Assembly: GCA_037445185.1 (NCBI GenBank)
Contig: JBBIKZ010000001.1
Location: forward strand, 27,485 to 91,484
Length of the DNA stretch: 64,000 bases
DNA from: Hydrogenophilales bacterium
GTDB taxonomy: Bacteria > Pseudomonadota > Gammaproteobacteria > Burkholderiales > Thiobacillaceae
Reading direction: 5' to 3'
A program made the translations under genes and the position numbers. Every line of letters begins with the position of its first letter. Position 1 is the first letter of the stretch. The notes beneath the pieces were generated by a model. The model had not been told where the DNA came from and made no database searches. It was given only the letters and a program-made list of their open reading frames with translations. Positions 62,721 through 64,000 of the stretch are shown piece by piece.

Positions 62721-63677
62721 ATGCCCTCCGAATTCGAGCTCATCGCCCGTCACTTCACCCGCCCAGCCACGAGCGCCCGCCTGGGTGTGGGCGACGATGC
62801 CGCCCTGCTTGGGCCGCAGCCCGGCATGGAATTGGCCGTCACCACCGACATGCTCCTCGCCGGCCGGCATTTCCTGCCGGACGACGATCCGGCGAGGCTC
62901 GGACACAAGACCCTGGCGGTGAACCTGTCCGACCTCGCGGCCATGGGGGCGCAGCCGCGCTGGGCCTTGCTTGCGCTCGCCCTGCCGGAGGCGGACGAGG
63001 ACTGGCTCGCCGCCTTCAGCCGCGGCTTCTTCGCCCTCGCTCAACGCCATGGCGTGGAACTGGTGGGGGGGGATACCACGCGCGGTCCCCTCAATCTGTG
63101 CGTGACCCTCCTCGGCGAGGTGGAGGCCGGTCGGGCCCTGACCCGCGCCGGCGCGCGTCCCGGCGACGAGATCTGGGTCTCCGGCAGCCTGGGCGGCGCG
63201 GCCCTGGGGCTGGCGCACCGCCTGGGTCAGGTGCAACTGCCCTCGCACGCGGCAGAGGCTTGTCTCGAACGGCTGCACGCGCCGGAGCCCAGGGTTGCCC
63301 TGGGACGCGCGCTGCTGGGTGTGGCCAGCGCCGCCATCGATGTCTCGGACGGCCTGCTCGCCGATCTCGGCCACCTCCTCGCCCGCTCGGGGGTCGCCGC
63401 GGTGGTGGACTTCGGGCGCCTGCCCGCCCACCCAGCCGTGGCGGCCCGGCCGTCGGACCCCGTCGCCCGGCGCTGCCTGCTGGCCGGCGGCGACGACTAC
63501 GAGCTCTGCTTCACCGCGCCGCCCGCGCGTGCAGGCGACGTCGAGGCCGCCGCGCGCGCCGCCGGGGTGGCGGTCACCTGCATCGGCCATATCCAGGCCG
63601 GCGAGGGGCTGCAACTCCTCGGCGCGGATGGCGTGCCCATGCCCATCGTCGAGCACGGCTATGACCACTTCGCCTGA
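62721..63677 (+). CDS. thiL: thiamine-monophosphate kinase
   Basis: MPSEFELIARHF…GVGDDAALL…NLSDLAAMGA…GGDTT…. Confidence 0.9.
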   Translation: MPSEFELIARHFTRPATSARLGVGDDAALLGPQPGMELAVTTDMLLAGRHFLPDDDPARLGHKTLAVNLSDLAAMGAQPRWALLALALPEADEDWLAAFSRGFFALAQRHGVELVGGDTTRGPLNLCVTLLGEVEAGRALTRAGARPGDEIWVSGSLGGAALGLAHRLGQVQLPSHAAEACLERLHAPEPRVALGRALLGVASAAIDVSDGLLADLGHLLARSGVAAVVDFGRLPAHPAVAARPSDPVARRCLLAGGDDYELCFTAPPARAGDVEAAARAAGVAVTCIGHIQAGEGLQLLGADGVPMPIVEHGYDHFA

Positions 63678-64000
63678 CCGGCGCTTCCTCCTCGCCCATC
63701 CCGCCCATTTCATCGCCCTGGGCTTTGGCGCCGGTCTCGCCTCGTGGGCGCCCGGCACCCTCGGCACCCTGGTGGCCCTGCCGCTGCATTTCCTGATCGA
63801 CGCTCTGCCGCCCGTCCTCTATTGGGGGCTGCTGCTCGGCGGGACGCTCCTGGGCATCTGGGCCTGCGGCCGCACCGGCAGCGCCCTGGGGGTGCCGGAT
63901 CACGGCGTCATCGTCTGGGACGAGATCATCGCCTTCCTGCTAGTGCTGCACTTCACGCCGCAGACGGTCCTGGGTTATGTCCTCGCCTTCGCCCTGTTCC
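63661..64000 (+). CDS. pgpA: phosphatidylglycerophosphatase A, N-terminal portion (3-prime end outside window)
   Basis: ATG 63661 opens a frame that stays open to the window end. …HPAHFIALGFGAGLASWAPGTLGTLVALP…DHGVIVWDEI…. Absent from the ORF track because there is no stop in the window. Confidence 0.8.
   Translation, partial: MTTSPDRRFLLAHPAHFIALGFGAGLASWAPGTLGTLVALPLHFLIDALPPVLYWGLLLGGTLLGIWACGRTGSALGVPDHGVIVWDEIIAFLLVLHFTPQTVLGYVLAFALF

Overview
GC-rich chromosomal segment (about two-thirds G+C by eye, not computed) with tightly packed genes on both strands. I call 69 protein-coding genes and found no rRNA, tRNA, CRISPR array, integrase or transposase. Gene order looks gammaproteobacterial: argB / rho-trxA / fdxA / nadA / hda; lysA-lptM / cyaY; argH / algZ-algR-like pair / hemC-hemD-hemX-hemY; a phr operon; yqgE-ruvX-pyrR-pyrB-pyrC-prime; a Lon-like protease; and an ABC-2 exporter operon. 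A 16-kb exosortase A (XrtA) / PEP-CTERM-type exopolysaccharide locus follows at 34.0-50.3 kb. After it come a secreted nuclease, an AsnB paralogue, prlC, glyA and nrdR-ribD-ribE-ribB-ribH-nusB-thiL-pgpA. Most of the window is housekeeping, and I did not find a convincing self-contained new multi-gene system; there are no defence-island hallmarks. The strongest signal the genes do not explain is a family of long, partly nested palindromic (REPIN/MITE-like) elements in at least five intergenic spacers. These elements start or end on stop or start codons. One has a 6-bp target-site-like duplication, and one supplies the last 12 codons and the stop codon of glyA. Secondary oddities:
- an orphan 82-aa gene with a sigma-54-type promoter downstream of a perfect 63-bp tandem duplication
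- two effector-less cNMP-binding-domain proteins at the position where enterics carry cyaA
- a 42-codon in-frame insertion in pyrB
- a Lon-like protease translationally coupled to a degenerate USP-like protein
- an asparagine-synthetase paralogue that lacks the N-terminal Cys nucleophile
- a photolyase translationally coupled to two carbohydrate or cell-wall-type proteins.
All function calls come from reading translated ORFs for family motifs from memory; no database search or folding computation was possible.
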